The notes under the pieces were generated by a model, which was given only the letters and a program-made list of their open reading frames with translations, did not search any database and was not told the DNA's origin. A stretch of 64,000 bases of DNA. Source: Dimorphilus gyrociliatus (lineage: Eukaryota > Animalia > Annelida). Position numbers and translations under genes: made by a program. Positions 1-12,892 of this stretch are shown in pieces (position 1 is the first letter of the stretch; every line of letters begins with the position of its first letter). Location of the stretch: the NCBI GenBank assembly GCA_904063045.1, contig CAJFCJ010000058.1:1-64000 (forward strand). The letters are read 5' to 3'.

Positions 1-262
1 AACAATGCTGTAGAGGAAAATATTGCAATAATTGGAAATTGAAATCAATATCTGGAAAAGACAGCATCAATTCTATATCTAATTATATGTATTTTGTGAC
101 TTTCTTAGTCTACTCTGTTGTAGTAAAATTATAAGAATTTCTTACTTGTTGTTACAATAAAGCACTCACACAAATAAAGCCTATTTTTTGTCTATTAAGG
201 AATATAGTAATATTCATAAAGAATGGAACACCTCGTTGAATGTGACTACCCTCTTTTTTATT

Positions 263-1098
263 CTATACACCATTTCTTGATATACTACTTGATAACAACC
301 CTAGTTGTTCTTTTAAAAGCTCAAATAGCATTTTTTTTATTTTTTTACACAATTCATCCTCAGATTCAAATTGTGGACCATCATATACCAGGTTTTTGGT
401 GAGGCGCCACATGTTCTCAATTGGGCTGAGATTGGGGCTCTTTGTTGGCCAATCAAGAGGGTAGAAGAACATCTTCCACAATAAAACAGCTTTAATTGTC
501 ACCATTAAATTTTTTCTTTATCCTCCATAGCTCAAATATTCCATCAGATGTTACGAGCCTCCAGATCATTTCTCCACGTCTGCCCATATTTTTTGTCATC
601 CTGAAGTCTTTTCCTCCATCTTTGGTCTGAGTACAAATATCACCTGGCCAACTCAGTGAGAATCTAGCCTCATCAGTGAATATTACTTTAAACCAGTCTA
701 GATTATCACTGATCATCTTGAGACAGAAATTGTTTCTTCTCTTGCAATTGCTGTTTGTGAGATCAGGTCTTTGTCTAACTCACTTATAACTAAAATTTTG
801 TTTTTTCAGCTCCCTCTGAATGTTTAATAGGCTAACATCTACATCTAACTCTTAAAATTTTTCTTGCTGTCACCCTCTGCTTAATTATTTTCATTTTCTG
901 TATAGCCCCTTTCATCCTGCCTATCTATCTCTCTGTAAATTTTTTTGGACAACCCCTATTCTCCTCTTCTGGTGGTTTATAACTTAAAATATTGCTAATA
1001 GAAGAGGGTGCCATTCCTAAAGCTCTTGCTATGGCCTCTAGTTTTCCTAATTCATTATATTTCCTGAATACAAGATCCCTAATGTCTTTACTCTACAT
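263..1098 (-). mobile_element. Degenerate Tc1-like transposase remnant
   Basis: ORFs 492-716 (VIFTDEARF, first catalytic Asp) and 263-505 (WPTKSPNLSPIENMW, Tc1 WPxxSPDLNPIENxW motif); stop-ridden HTH-like region up to about 1098; no TIRs found. Confidence 0.85.
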
Positions 1099-1728
1099 GA
1101 TATTTAAATAAATACAATAAAAATAGACTAATATAATTAAAATTAACAATTCATTGATAAACTTAGCTTAGAGAGTGAAATAAGTCTAAAAAAATGTTTT
1201 TTAAGACATCTATTTGAATGCCAAACCAGATGTCAAGTGAGTGTTCCAATAATTATGTAGTGTGGCCAAATAAAGAAAAAATTGATGAAAATGACCAAAA
1301 ATACTTTGCTTGTAATATTCATAAATATTAGTGTTAACATTTCTTCTATTTTTTTAATATTACGAAAATACAAATCTTTTTGATATAAATTAAACCAAAA
1401 AAACTACTTTGCAGCAAACAAACAATTTTAATCATTAATTAAAACTTAGCCTATAAAAATTTACAGTGTCCATTTTTTTTTAAAGTTTACTTAAAATGGA
1501 AAATTGTGTAGACAGGTAAAACACATAACTTATGAATTAACCTAAAGATAAATATAAATATCTTATCGTTATTTGATTCATAAAGTATTATACATTAATC
1601 ACTTAAAAAATTAAAAACGCCTGGATCAATTCCAGAATTTAGAATTTGTTTGTTTTATATAGATATCTATTCTTTGCTTAAAACAGAGCAGAAGATATTA
1701 CGTGCTTTTACAATTAATTCTAATAAAA

Positions 1729-3238
1729 ATGAAATTCTTATTTGTTTTTTTGGCTTTCTTAAAACCAATCATTTCAGTCCCAACAGATGGTTTGTTTTTT
1801 GTTTTTCATTTTCTTTAAGACAGTTTTTGAGTGAGTATATTTTTCAGTTTGTTTTACGGAAATACTACAAAATAAAGTGTTTCAAGGCGGCGTCGAATTA
1901 GGCAACTTCCAAGACATATCCCTGTCAGAGTGTAAAAAAAAATGTATTGATAACTCTGCTTGCAAGTAAAATAATATTTATTTCTTTCATAAATGTTTTA
2001 TTGACGATTCCATTTTGGAACGAAAATTTACACTCTTTTAGATCTTTTGACTACAACGCGGTTGCTAATACATGCTTTCTTAAAAGATTCAACAGATATG
2101 GAAGTACTGGAACAATTAATTCAGGACCAAATTTTAATCATTATGGACCTAAAAATGGAATTTGCGGTAAGTCATGAAAATCAAAGAAAGGTTGGGGGAT
2201 GTGTCCATTTATGGTTTCGTTTTTATAGATGAGGCTATCAATCCAAAAAGATGTTCTCAAATTTTGAATAAAAAATGTGGTTCTGATTCAACAACAGAAG
2301 TCGAGTGTAAACTCTTTGGTTGTTGTTATCTAAACGGGAAGTGTTTCTATGACAACACAGCAATGGCCGGATTTGTACAAATCAGAAAGAATTCAAATTT
2401 TCAAACATTCTATAATATTATTATTTCTATAAATGTTAAGGAATGTACAAGACACTGTCTATCTTCTTCTCAATGCAGATGCTTTGAATATGACTTTAAG
2501 AGGACTGTCTGCACTCTGAGCAAAGAGGCTTGCAATGCTCAAAATGATTCAGAAACCATATCTTCGTATGAAAGAATTGGGTTTTCATCATTAACCTGCT
2601 ACAATGCTGATTGTGGGCATCTGGATCAATTCAACAAAACTGATCTATACGAATGCAAAACTGACTGTGAAGTACAATCAAATTGTGAATTTATAATCTA
2701 CGCTGGTGATAATAGGGAGAAAAAATGTACTCACCTCCCATCTAGTAACTGTGACTTTTCGGATTCAAAGAGGAGATTTGCATACATGAATAGTTGCGTT
2801 CTTGGGCCAGTGTTCAAAGATGTCTATCAACAGAATGATAACAAATTACTTCAAATTACTGACCAACAAAGTGAAAACACTTGTATTGATGTCAAAGCTG
2901 ATGAAGATTTTAGTTTAAGAATTCCATGGCCATCTGTTTCTACAATTAGTCCAAACTTTAAGCTGAACATTTTTGGTGAAAATCTTCATAAATGTATTGA
3001 TTTAAAGAATAGCCTTCCACCCGTTGGAGTTTTAGCCTATATTCCATTGGATTATCAGAATGATCCTATTTTTATAGGGAACTTTTTAAGCTGCCAATTA
3101 CTGAACGGCGATGACAATACAGTTTGTGAGTACTTTTGCAGTTGTCAAATGGACTATTGCCAATCAGTCTACATTAAAGCAATTACAAACACAAACAATA
3201 ACATGAAAATATGTCATTACACAGTCGTACAATTGTAA
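1729..3238 (+). CDS. Secreted PAN/apple + trefoil-like + Cys-rich C-terminal domain protein, 4 exons (1729-1789, 1848-1965, 2042-2166, 2229-3238)
   Basis: Manual splicing with GT-AG introns keeps frame: signal peptide MKFLFVFLAFLKPIIS; PAN1 CFTE..ECKKKCIDNSACKSFDYNAVANTCFLK; trefoil-like CG-x8-C-x4-CC-x5-CFY; further PAN-like repeats (ECTRHCLSSSQCRCFEYD). Confidence 0.8.
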
Positions 3239-3247
3239 AATATAGTT

Positions 3248-3453
3248 GGGACCGGTCGAAAACGCCATAAATGAAATATTTAAAGGTCAGATTTCAGTCT
3301 GGGAAATGGTTAGGAGAATAAGATAGCTATTAATATGTACTTAGGAGGATCCCATCTAAGGGTTAGGGGCATTGAAAACAGTTTGGACAAAAACAAGGGC
3401 TAGGTTAGGGTTAGGGTAAAAGCATAGATTTATGGCCGTTTTCTACCACATTC
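3248..3453. mobile_element. About 206-bp TTAGGG-containing MITE (MULE-like), copy 1
   Basis: Near reverse complement of 41321-41526; subterminal IR GAAAAC(G)GCCATAAAT / ATTTATGGCCGTTTTC; internal GGTTAGGGTTAGGG; degenerate 9-bp flanks aatatagtt / agtatcgct. Confidence 0.8.
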
Positions 3454-4169
3454 AGTATCGCTTACCAGTTTTTATTTCCTCTGTAAACAAATAAAACTAA
3501 TTTTCAGTATCATAATTTGCTGTATCAATATTTTTGTATTTCGTGAAATGTAAGATATTTACAGTTAGAGAAAAAAACAAAACAAGGAATTTAGATTATA
3601 AAAAATTTGTATCTATAAATTCAACAACTGATTATCCATCGTCGGTCTATTCATCCATTTTCTTGTTTTATCAGAAGTTTTGTATCCACAGTGCTAATCA
3701 ATGAATAATAACCAAAGTTTAATTTAGGCTGTCAATATTTTTTTTTCAACAATGTTAGGTGAAAAACTTTTAGCAGATGTAAAATATGCTTATGATTTAT
3801 AATTGGCCTTTTCAATTCAAAGTTTCTTTTTTACAGATTTCAAAAACTGAATCATAAACAGGTTTAAGAAGGCAGCGATTTCTTATACTTCTATCAACAG
3901 GTTGCTAAAAACAAGCTCCTTTCAGCTGATTCTTAGAATGAGTTCGCCCAAATAGATTTTTTGAATACATCAAATATTCATTGATTTTTTTCCTTTGGTG
4001 TTTTGCACCTATCATATAAACAGTTTTAGGTGTTAAGCATGACTAACTAGTGTGAGACAGTCTAAAAATTTGGAATCGGAAACTATAAAGTGAAAAAGGC
4101 CAGTGTATATAAACAAGTATGGTGTAAGTATGGACAGAAATCAATTCTTTGTAAGGTGTGGGTGAAATC

Positions 4170-4532
4170 ATGAAAAGCGTATATTTCTTATCTTTGCTTT
4201 TTACTCTTCTAAATCTGGATGGAATTTTTGGTCAAGTTCTTATCAATGAATTGAATATTGATGACAAATGGATCGAACTTCGAAATACCCAAGCAACTCC
4301 TTTCAATCTTGGTACAGAACAATTAGGCTTGTATGTTTATGAGCTGGGTACAACGAGGGTTTCTTCAATTGGACTTTCGGGAATAATTCCTTTAAACGGC
4401 CTAATCAAATTTGATATTAATGGAGCAAAAAAGAGAAGGAGGAAGAGAAGTCCTGGTGGTTCTATTAACTTGGATATATTAGCTGATAGGGCTAAACATA
4501 TATCTTTTTACAAAAGTCAGTATTTCCTATAA
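4170..4532 (+). CDS. Secreted lamin-tail-domain (LTD)-like protein, 5' part; probably interrupted by the adjacent MULE
   Basis: Signal peptide MKSVYFLSLLFTLLNLDGIFG, then VLINELNIDDKWIELRN (LTD-like INE...WIEL.N motif), furin-like RRKR site; possible donor AA|gtcagt near 4516 just before the MULE TIR. Confidence 0.5.
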   Translation: MKSVYFLSLLFTLLNLDGIFGQVLINELNIDDKWIELRNTQATPFNLGTEQLGLYVYELGTTRVSSIGLSGIIPLNGLIKFDINGAKKRRRKRSPGGSINLDILADRAKHISFYKSQYFL

Positions 4533-4539
4533 GCTAAAG

Positions 4540-6792
4540 GTGGGGTCAGGACATTTCGGCCCACTTTTGGACATTTCGGCCCACTTTTGGACATTTCGGC
4601 CCATTCTAAGGTAGTCATACTAAAGGCATTGTGTCTCACTTGAAGATAGGTTTAGTACTTATGAATTGATAAATATGACAAATATAATTTTTATTTTGTG
4701 AACAATTATGTTTATTTTTTTAATATAAAAAACAATTTACAAATAGTAAGGAGTGTTAAGTTTAATAACTAAAATGCAGAACAAGAAATAACAAATTTTA
4801 ACAGATATTTAAATCAACAAGTCTATCCAATAATTCATCCAAACTCAATTCTCTTTTTTCAAATTTACTCCACAACTGGAATATTTTAAATTCTAAATCT
4901 TTATACTTCTTCTGTATTTTTCTCAACTTTTTTTCAGACAATAACTTTTCAAAGATCTCTACTAATTTGGCTTCTCTTCTCAATTCTTTTATTAGAGAAT
5001 AAAAGTTCTCATCCATTTTCAAATTTTTGTTGAGTCTGGAATGCCATGCCTCAACATGATTGTTTGTTCTCATAATTAATTGATAAACAGATCAGAATTG
5101 AGGAGGCCAAGTACTGCTTTTAATGAATGTTACTTCTATATATTCAAGCAAATCTAAACAATTTCTTTTCACAAAGTTCTTCTTTTAGTTGGACAAACTT
5201 TTGTTCAATAAAATTTGAAGACAGATACACATCAATTTTCATAACATTTTTCCTTTGTACCCATTTTCTTTATAATCAGTCATGTATCCAAGTTTCTAAT
5301 AAAATAAGTATTTAATTATTTTCTTTATATGATTGTTTAATCTACCTGAATGTTACTCAAAACTGCTTGTTTGAAATGAAAAGAGCATCCTTGAAGGTCA
5401 GAATTGGGAAATTGCTCTTTAAGTGCCATCCATATAGCCTTTTCAAAATCAAGCACAAATTTTCTGGGAGTTTTATCATTGATTAATTTTCTTATCTCCT
5501 ATTTTCAAATGAAAAATGATAAATTAAAAGTGATTAAAATGCTGAAATATCTCAAACCTGAAGTACAGCAATATAACAGCTTTTCTTCTTGCTACTCATC
5601 AGAACATAGACCAATGGAACCTGTTGATATTCATCATGTTTTTTCAAGAATCCATGAATTGAAAACAGTTGATAAAATGGATCTCTGACAACTTTAAAAT
5701 TGCATCAATGAACCAAATTTTACAACATTCCAGTAATTCTATTTGATGATTTGTGCCAAATATAATACAATGATTTTTCTTTTCTTTTATATCTCTCAAT
5801 AAGAAATCAATTGGAATTTCATCCAGATTTATTTCAAAATCTAAATGTCTTGGATGCTTTGGTCTTTTACTCTCTTTATATCTAGAAGCTTTTCTTCTTA
5901 ATGATTCTAGTTCTGGCAAGTCTTCAATACTATCTTTAAATTTAAGGATAATATCTTCTGCTATTCTTTTACCAGTTTTTCCATTGTCACCAGTTGCCAT
6001 TTCTTTCAAGTCCATTCTTGATTGAAGAACACTTTCTATGTTTTTATGCAATTTATGAAGATGATTTTCATTTTTGACAATGAACTTTGATCCCTTTTAT
6101 AATATGTATGCAGGACAAGGAGCTTTGGCATATCTCTGAGTACATCTCCAGGTGATTGAACTTTCAGTTTTTCTTTTTACTGAATATGAACAGTTTTTGT
6201 GTAGAAGTAAGTCTTTATTTTTTGTACTTCCACCTACAACTATTTTGAAATCATTTCTTTCTGTTTCCATGATGTTATACTGCTTATCCATCTCAAATGA
6301 AGTTTCATCACTTATATCAACTCTCTTTGCCATGTCTTGTCCATCTTCAGGAAAGTTCAACTCTTTTTCATTGTTTTGTGATTCAGGTGAATTGAAGTCA
6401 AAGGAAAGTCTTAACTGTTAAAATTTATGGTGAAATAATAATATCTTTGAACAAATGAAATTACCTGATTTGTTTTCGTTTCACTTGTATTATTCATTGA
6501 TGATTCTAAATTAACAACAATTTCATCATATTCTGGATGAATTTTACTCTGACAATAATGATCTATTTTCTTTAATTTAATAAATAATTTTTGTTTGCTG
6601 ACATCATGACAATCAGGACAATAATCTGCATCTTAATATATAGGTGATATAGCATTATACCTGAGAAAGTTAGAGAGTTTACTTACATTTTGAACACTTT
6701 GTATGATAAAAATGTCTGCACAACTTGCATCTGAATTTTCTTTGTGTCCAATGAAATCTTAATCCACACTTCCAACAGTTTTTCAAATTCAT
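4540..6792 (-). mobile_element. Mutator (MULE) element A, pseudogenised spliced transposase (PHD + FLYWCH + DDE); only one TIR seen
   Basis: Left end has three tandem GGACATTTCGGCCCA units; ATG at 6792 starts C4HC3 exon (CWKCGLRFHWTQRKFRCKLCRHFYHTKC); FLYWCH (ITWRCTQRYAKAPCPA); WFIDA catalytic region with frameshift; RTNNHVEAWH motif; in-frame TAA at about 6097. Confidence 0.9.
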
Positions 6793-7344
6793 GTTATAAT
6801 TTCTATTGAAGCTTCTATGATAAATGAAGAAAAGAAATATGCTTTCTACTTTTTCTCAAAACAGGAAAAGGAAATTGTAAAGCAATGTAAAATATACTTC
6901 AGAAATAAGGAAAACTGGTGTCCATTATTCTGAAAATATTTTATATCTGGAATTACTATATTAAAATTCTAATACAATATATGATATTAAGGAATGAAGG
7001 TTTTAATACATCAATACTTTATTGATATTATGGTAATTTTAATACCGGCCTCTAAAGATAAGCCTATATTTTATTCCAGACCTAAGACGGTATATTTGCA
7101 TTCAGGATAGTTATAAATATAACAATATTATATTTTACTTGTCCAACTTGATGCATTAAAAGCAAAGCTTCAAAAATTTTTAAACTGAACTAGTTTTGAA
7201 TGTTTTTCTATTATTCATTTATTCAATTGAGCCTGTTCAATAGCTTTCATTGAAAGCAATTCTGCGGCTAAATTCAATACAATAGGAAACAGAGTAAAAG
7301 AATATCACATATCTGAATTGGCTGTGGGCGAAGTTACATCTTGA

Positions 7345-7560
7345 GAATGTGAGCGTAGAAAATGTACTCATTCAAGCTCATATCCTACCACATGAATGAA
7401 AAATTTAAATTTGAAACGACAGTAGCTAAACTATACAACTAGATTTTGGATTGAGAAATGGTTAGGAAGAAGATAGTAATGGAAAAGGTTAGATACAGCT
7501 AAGGGCTGGGTTAGGGTTAGGGTAAAAGCACTCATTTGTGAACGTTTTCTGTTGCATCCC
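7345..7560. mobile_element. Diverged member of the TTAGGG MITE family
   Basis: aaatggttagg...gggttagggttagggtaaaagca...gttttctgttgcatccc matches the family layout. Confidence 0.65.
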
Positions 7561-7596
7561 TATACAACATTCCTATAGTGAAGTGTTAAGGGTTCT

Positions 7597-8658
7597 TTAA
7601 TTTGGTGTAGCTACATTGTTTAATGGCAGAGTTTTGATTATTGAAATGTTACTTTGAAACTGATTTCTCTTGAACAATGATAAGAATTCATTTCTGAATT
7701 TTCTACCACTTAAACAATAAAAATAAAAATTAAATGAGCTGTTAGATACGGTGAGAAAATCAGTGAGGAGAGCTCCCTTTTTCAAGAAGGCAACATCGTT
7801 CATTGTAGGATTTCTTACATAATATCTTACATATATCAATAGTGCCGTAGTTGGTATGGAAGTCAGAATAAAATAAGACGAAATAAGGAGAAGGATAATT
7901 GACGAGTTTTGACGTTTGCTCTTGCTCTCTTCCTTAGCATTTATTGATGATGTAAGATTCTTTCTCCTTCGACTGGCCAATAACAGAGCTCTGTATATTA
8001 GTATATTTGTCCAGAGAAGAATAATTCCAGGAATGTAAAACATAAAAATGCTCTCCAGTGTTGGTGTAATATTTCTAAAATAATTTACCCAGAAGGCACT
8101 GCTAGGCTTACAGAAGAATAATCCGGAATTCTTCTTCAATGGATTATCGATAATCGTTATATCATTAATCACAAAAAAGAATATAGAATAGCCTGCAATT
8201 GAGACGAGTATTATTGCCATAATTATGCAAATTGTTTGTTTCTTCAATGATAAAGTTGTTGTCTTTATGGGAAAGAAGATAAAGAGACTTCTATCAATAG
8301 TCATTGCGCAGAGTATTAGAGCACTGGATTGCCGAGTCATCTTGCCAAATGTATATTTTCCCCAACATGATAAATATAATATGTACCTTCGATTCTTAAA
8401 AATTCTTAATTCTATTGTATAGAACATATAGAAAGCGAGCCAAGAGATTAACACCATACTATCTGTAATCGCCAAACTCCTCAGATATATGGAAGTTGTT
8501 GTTCCACTCATACTACGCTTTCTGAAGACCAGAAAACTAAAAATATTTCCAAGCATGCCAATAACAAAACCAATTGCTGATATAACTCTGACACCAATGT
8601 ACCAATCCATGGTATCTGGTATTTCCGGAAATGCTGTATATATACTAGAATTGTTCAT
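7597..8658 (-). CDS. Rhodopsin-class GPCR, orphan peptide-receptor-like (FMRFamide-receptor-like group), intronless
   Basis: 353 aa with 7 hydrophobic segments; GN in TM1, LA.D in TM2, DRS at the DRY position, NSSFNFYFYCLSGRKFR in TM7/helix 8. Confidence 0.93.
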   Translation of the reverse strand: MNNSSIYTAFPEIPDTMDWYIGVRVISAIGFVIGMLGNIFSFLVFRKRSMSGTTTSIYLRSLAITDSMVLISWLAFYMFYTIELRIFKNRRYILYLSCWGKYTFGKMTRQSSALILCAMTIDRSLFIFFPIKTTTLSLKKQTICIIMAIILVSIAGYSIFFFVINDITIIDNPLKKNSGLFFCKPSSAFWVNYFRNITPTLESIFMFYIPGIILLWTNILIYRALLLASRRRKNLTSSINAKEESKSKRQNSSIILLLISSYFILTSIPTTALLIYVRYYVRNPTMNDVAFLKKGALLTDFLTVSNSSFNFYFYCLSGRKFRNEFLSLFKRNQFQSNISIIKTLPLNNVATPN

Positions 8659-9139
8659 AGTTTCTTTTCTCTGTTACGTAAACCTTTACAAGTGCAGTTT
8701 ATGCAATAAACACTCGAAGTGATAGCAAACTAACACCACCTTCTAGAATCTCAATTATCAGTCTTCTTTTAAAGTATGTATTTTCAAAAGGCCAGATAAC
8801 AATTAGAAAAAAGAGAATCCTAGCAGTACCTTTTGTTTTGGAGCGTGTTGAGTGAAAATGATCAAGAATGTAGTTAACAATATATAATTACGATACTGTA
8901 CTCAATAAATAACCACAGTTTGTCAACATCTAAACCGTCCTAAGTGGTTGTCTCTCTTTTGAAAATATAATTATTAGGGAAGGAAATTTCCATTTTAGAA
9001 GAATAAAAATAAAGGAATAATAGGAAGGAAAAACTTGGAAAATACATAGAATGCTTTATAAACCTGTTGGTGCTGAAGAACTTACAGATTTAGGAAATTT
9101 GTTTTCCTATATGTTTCGATAAAATATAAAGGGAACAAA

Positions 9140-9200
9140 TTAAGGGTTAGGGTTAGGGTAATTGGAAAAGCTTAGGCAAACATAATGGCTGAGGTAAATA
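9140..9200. repeat. TTAGGG-MITE-related fragment
   Basis: aagggttagggttagggtaattgg...ttaggc. Confidence 0.4.
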
Positions 9201-9785
9201 ATAAAATTATTAAAAAAAAATACAAGATAAAAATAGGCCTTGTACAAAGATACAATATTGAAAATGATTTGATACACTCTAAGTAAATAGATAACAGGTT
9301 TAACCCTTTTTGAAGAGAAAATGGCTAAGGTAGGTAAACAAAGTTTTACGTGATTTCACTTGCACCTTGTCAAAAGCTGATTTCTTTCTGTACTTGCGCC
9401 TTATATTTAAATACAATAGCCTTTTTCGTCATATATATTCTGGTTTCATATTTTTGAAATTGTTTACCTAAGTCAGTCATACTAAACACATCACATTTTT
9501 TTAATAAGATCTTTTACATGTATTGTTTGAAAAATAGATTTTCTACGAAATCTACCTAGGCTTGTTAGGGTGAGGAGAGAGAGAGAGAGGGAGTGATCAG
9601 AGGGGGCGAGAGCTTTGTCAAACAACTTGGGAAATTAATAACTGATTTAGTCAGTAATATCTTTTTTAAAAATAGTCATACCCCTTCTACTCAAGTCATG
9701 TCTAAAACTTATGCTTAGAAAGAGAATGGTGGAAATTTCATTTTTTTTAATATACTGTATTCTTTGGCTTCATGCCAACATATTA

Positions 9786-12379
9786 GGCTTAGGGTCAGAA
9801 CGCCCCTGGTCAGTACGCCCCAGGTCAGAACGCCCCAATTTTGGGTCAGAACGCCCCATTCTTGATTTCGAACGCCCCACTCATGAGTCAGAACGCCCCA
9901 CTGATTTTTTAAGAATATAATATTTTTTAATGCTTTACTTATTAAATTAAAAAAAGTCAATTGAATATAAATTATATATGCATAATGTATTTTTTGTCTT
10001 AAAGTACAAAAGCTTAAACAAATATAATAAGTGATCACAAAAAAAGAAATAATTTTTCAAGCAATGTTCAAGTCAATTAAACCCTTTAAGAGATTATCTA
10101 AACTTAATTCTCTTTCTTCAAACTTCTTCCACAACTCAAAGATAATATCCTGCAAATCTTTATATTTATTCTTCTGATTCTGTCTCATTTTATTTTCCAC
10201 CAACATATCCTCATAAACTTCAATAAGGCTGCTTTCTCTATGAAGTTCAGTGATAAGAGTATAAAAGTTTTCATTGCTTTTCAAATTTTGATTGATTCTT
10301 GTATGCCAAGACTCTACATGATTATTTGTACGAACTATTAATTTATAAACTGACCAATTTTCTGGTTTCCAAATATTGCTTTCAATATAAGTAGATTCCA
10401 TATACTCAAGAAGATCAGCATATAAATTCAGTTCCAAAAGTTCCTCTTTAATTTGATAAAACTTTTGTTTGATGAATGATGCTGGTAAGTATGCTAGACA
10501 CATTAGTTTTCTTAACACATTTCCTTTATAACCTTTCATTTTATAGTCCTTGATGTATCCTAATTTCTAAAAAGAAAATTTGTATTTATTAATTTCTTAA
10601 TTTCACAAATTAAATCTGTAACAGAATTGTTATAATTACTTTAATTTACCTGTATGTTTTTAAGAATTGCTTGTTTAAAATGAAAAGCACATCCTTGTAG
10701 ATCAGAATCAACAAAAGCATTTTTTAAAGATATCCAAAGGGCTTTTTCAAAATCAAGAACAAACTTTTTTGGGCTTTTTCCATCTATTAAGATTTTTAAC
10801 TCCTTGTAAAGAAAAATATATCTTTAGAATTTTTACTCAAATATTTACTTTAGAAAGCCAACCTCAAATATCAATGAATAATGTTTCTTCTTCTTTCCTG
10901 TCATGAGGACAAACATTAAAGGAACTTGTTTATATTCACCTTCTTTTCTTATAAATCCATGAATTGTAAACAATTGGTAAAAAGGTTTTCTCACAATTTT
11001 AAATGTGGCATCAATAAACCATATCTTACAATGTTTCAATAATTTAATTTGATGGTCAGTTGCAAACATCATGTTTCAGCTTTTCTTCCCTTTTATATCT
11101 TTTAAGAAAAAATTATCTGGAATTTCATTTAAATTTAATTCAAACATAATGTTTTCTGGGTGCTTTGGTCTGGCACCTTCTCTGTATCTATTAGCAGATC
11201 TTTTCATGACATCAATGCTTGGAATATGAGAAATATCCTTTCTGAACTTCAGACTGATATCTTCTGCAATTCTTTTACCAGATTTGTCTTTATCAATAAT
11301 TGCAGCTTCCTTTAAATTTAACCTTGCTTCAATAATTTTTCTCATACCATTTTTCTCTCTTTTGTGAATGTGATTAGAATTTTTCAAAATGAACTTTAAA
11401 TCTTTTTGAATTACAGATGCAAGACATGGTGATTTTTTAGTTCTTTGACTACATTTCCAGGTAATGGCTGTTTCACTTGATCTTTTTAGAGTATAAGTAA
11501 AATTATTGTGAAGAAGAATATCTTTTCCTTTTCTGCTCCCATTCTTAAATATTTCAAAATCATGTTTTAAATTATCATTTAGACAAAGCTCTCTTGTATC
11601 ATTAAAAGAAGATTCATTATTTATATCAATTCTTCTTACAACTGGACTATTTTCTGTAACAATTTTAGCAGGTTGATGTTGATCTTCTCTTGAAATTCCA
11701 TCATTATCAATATCAATATCTTTATCACAACTCTCCATTCCATTATTCCCTGGAGTACTTGAAACATCAGGGAAATTAGATTCAAAGTCAAAAGGTAACC
11801 TCAGCTATAGTAAAACATTAAATAGTTTTTTTAACAGATATTTGTTAAATATTTTGTACCTGTTCAGAACTTGAACTTTCACAAACAGTTTCATTTCCAA
11901 ATACTTTTGAACATGTTGGTGATTTTTTGTTTTCCAGCTTTTTTATTTTAACAATTAGCTTTTTGTTTTTTATATTAAAACAGTCTATACAATAATCTGC
12001 ATCTGAGGAAATGGTTAAATAGAAAAGAAATATTAAAGAATAAAATCTTACTATTTGAACATTTAGCATGGTAAAAGTGCCTACATAATTTGCATCTAAA
12101 CTTCTTTTGAGTCCAATGAAACTTCTTCATACATTTCCAACAAGTTTTTAAATTCATCCTCCTTTTTTCAGTGAGACATTAACAGCAAAAAAATTAATTA
12201 TACTAAGATGAATTATATTTAAGCAACACAATTTCTGAGAATAAACTGATAAAAAAAAACTGGTAAAAATATTTATAATAACTGGTATTTAAGAATATTT
12301 TTCTCAGCATTGTTTTCTATAATTCTCTAAAGAGAGTGGGGCGTTCAAAATCAAGAATGGGGCGTTCTGACCAGACCCC
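9786..12379 (-). mobile_element. Mutator (MULE) element B, full length, with tandem-repeat TIRs and 9-bp TSD
   Basis: Perfect TSD AACATATTA at 9777-9785 and 12380-12388; TIRs built of GTCAGAACGCCCC units (about 6 left, 2 right, inverted). Confidence 0.95.
10057..12157 (-). pseudogene. Spliced MULE transposase (PHD/FYVE-like finger + FLYWCH + MULE DDE) with one in-frame TGA
   Basis: Exons join in frame through GT-AG introns: C4HC3 finger, FLYWCH (ITWKCSQR..C..H.H), WFIDATF, VLDFEKA, GCAFHFKQA, RTNNHVESWH; single TGA at 11076-11078 in frame with the following ORF. Confidence 0.85.
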
Positions 12380-12429
12380 AACATATTATTTGTTACTAAA
12401 TATTTTACAATGATTTATTTCTTTACAAT

Positions 12430-12700
12430 TTGTACAAATAGAAAAAGACATTTTCGCAAGAAAACTCAATAAACTTTAAATTTGTCCAAATTTTCATTAT
12501 CCTCACCTCTAATGTTGTCTGTCAATCTTCCAAAACGATAATAGTCAGAGAGGGTCCAATCAGAGCTATCTTGTGGATGTGGACATAATGAACATCCTTG
12601 ACTCCTTTATCTGTTTTGAAATAGTTGTAGTGTATTCAATACACATGTTAGCATACTTTCGAAATCTCTGTCTCTTAACAACAATTAAGGAAAGAGAGGG
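12430..12700 (-). mobile_element. Mariner-like transposase C-terminal remnant
   Basis: Minus-strand translation CPHPQDSSDWTLSDYYRFGRLTDNIRG resembles mariner LPHPPYSPDLAPSDYxLF..L...LRG; frameshifts and stops. Confidence 0.5.
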
Positions 12701-12892
12701 CATTTCAAACTTTTGGAATGTTTGCAAGAAGAATCCTACACTTTATTTATTTTATATACAGTATAGGCAAAAACTCAATAAATTAACTTTTGTTGCACGA
12801 ATTTTCCAAATATCTTACAAGAGATCTTTCTACACTAATGCCATCTACAATGTTTTTCTATTCTAAAACAAAAACGTAGTTAGGTCCTATTT

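Noticed and set aside
3400-3420. TTAGGG runs as telomere or fusion relics
   Set aside because: Only 2-3 units each, always embedded at the same position in a ~200-bp interspersed element
9786-9905. CRISPR-like short repeats (also 4545-4605, 25845-25995, 26650-26795)
   Set aside because: There are no unique spacers of constant length and no cas genes, the context is eukaryotic, and the arrays form inverted pairs with 9-bp TSDs, i.e. transposon TIRs
9711-10038. ORFs with ERP / WGVLT repeats (and 26642-26848)
   Set aside because: Translation artefacts of TIR tandem repeats
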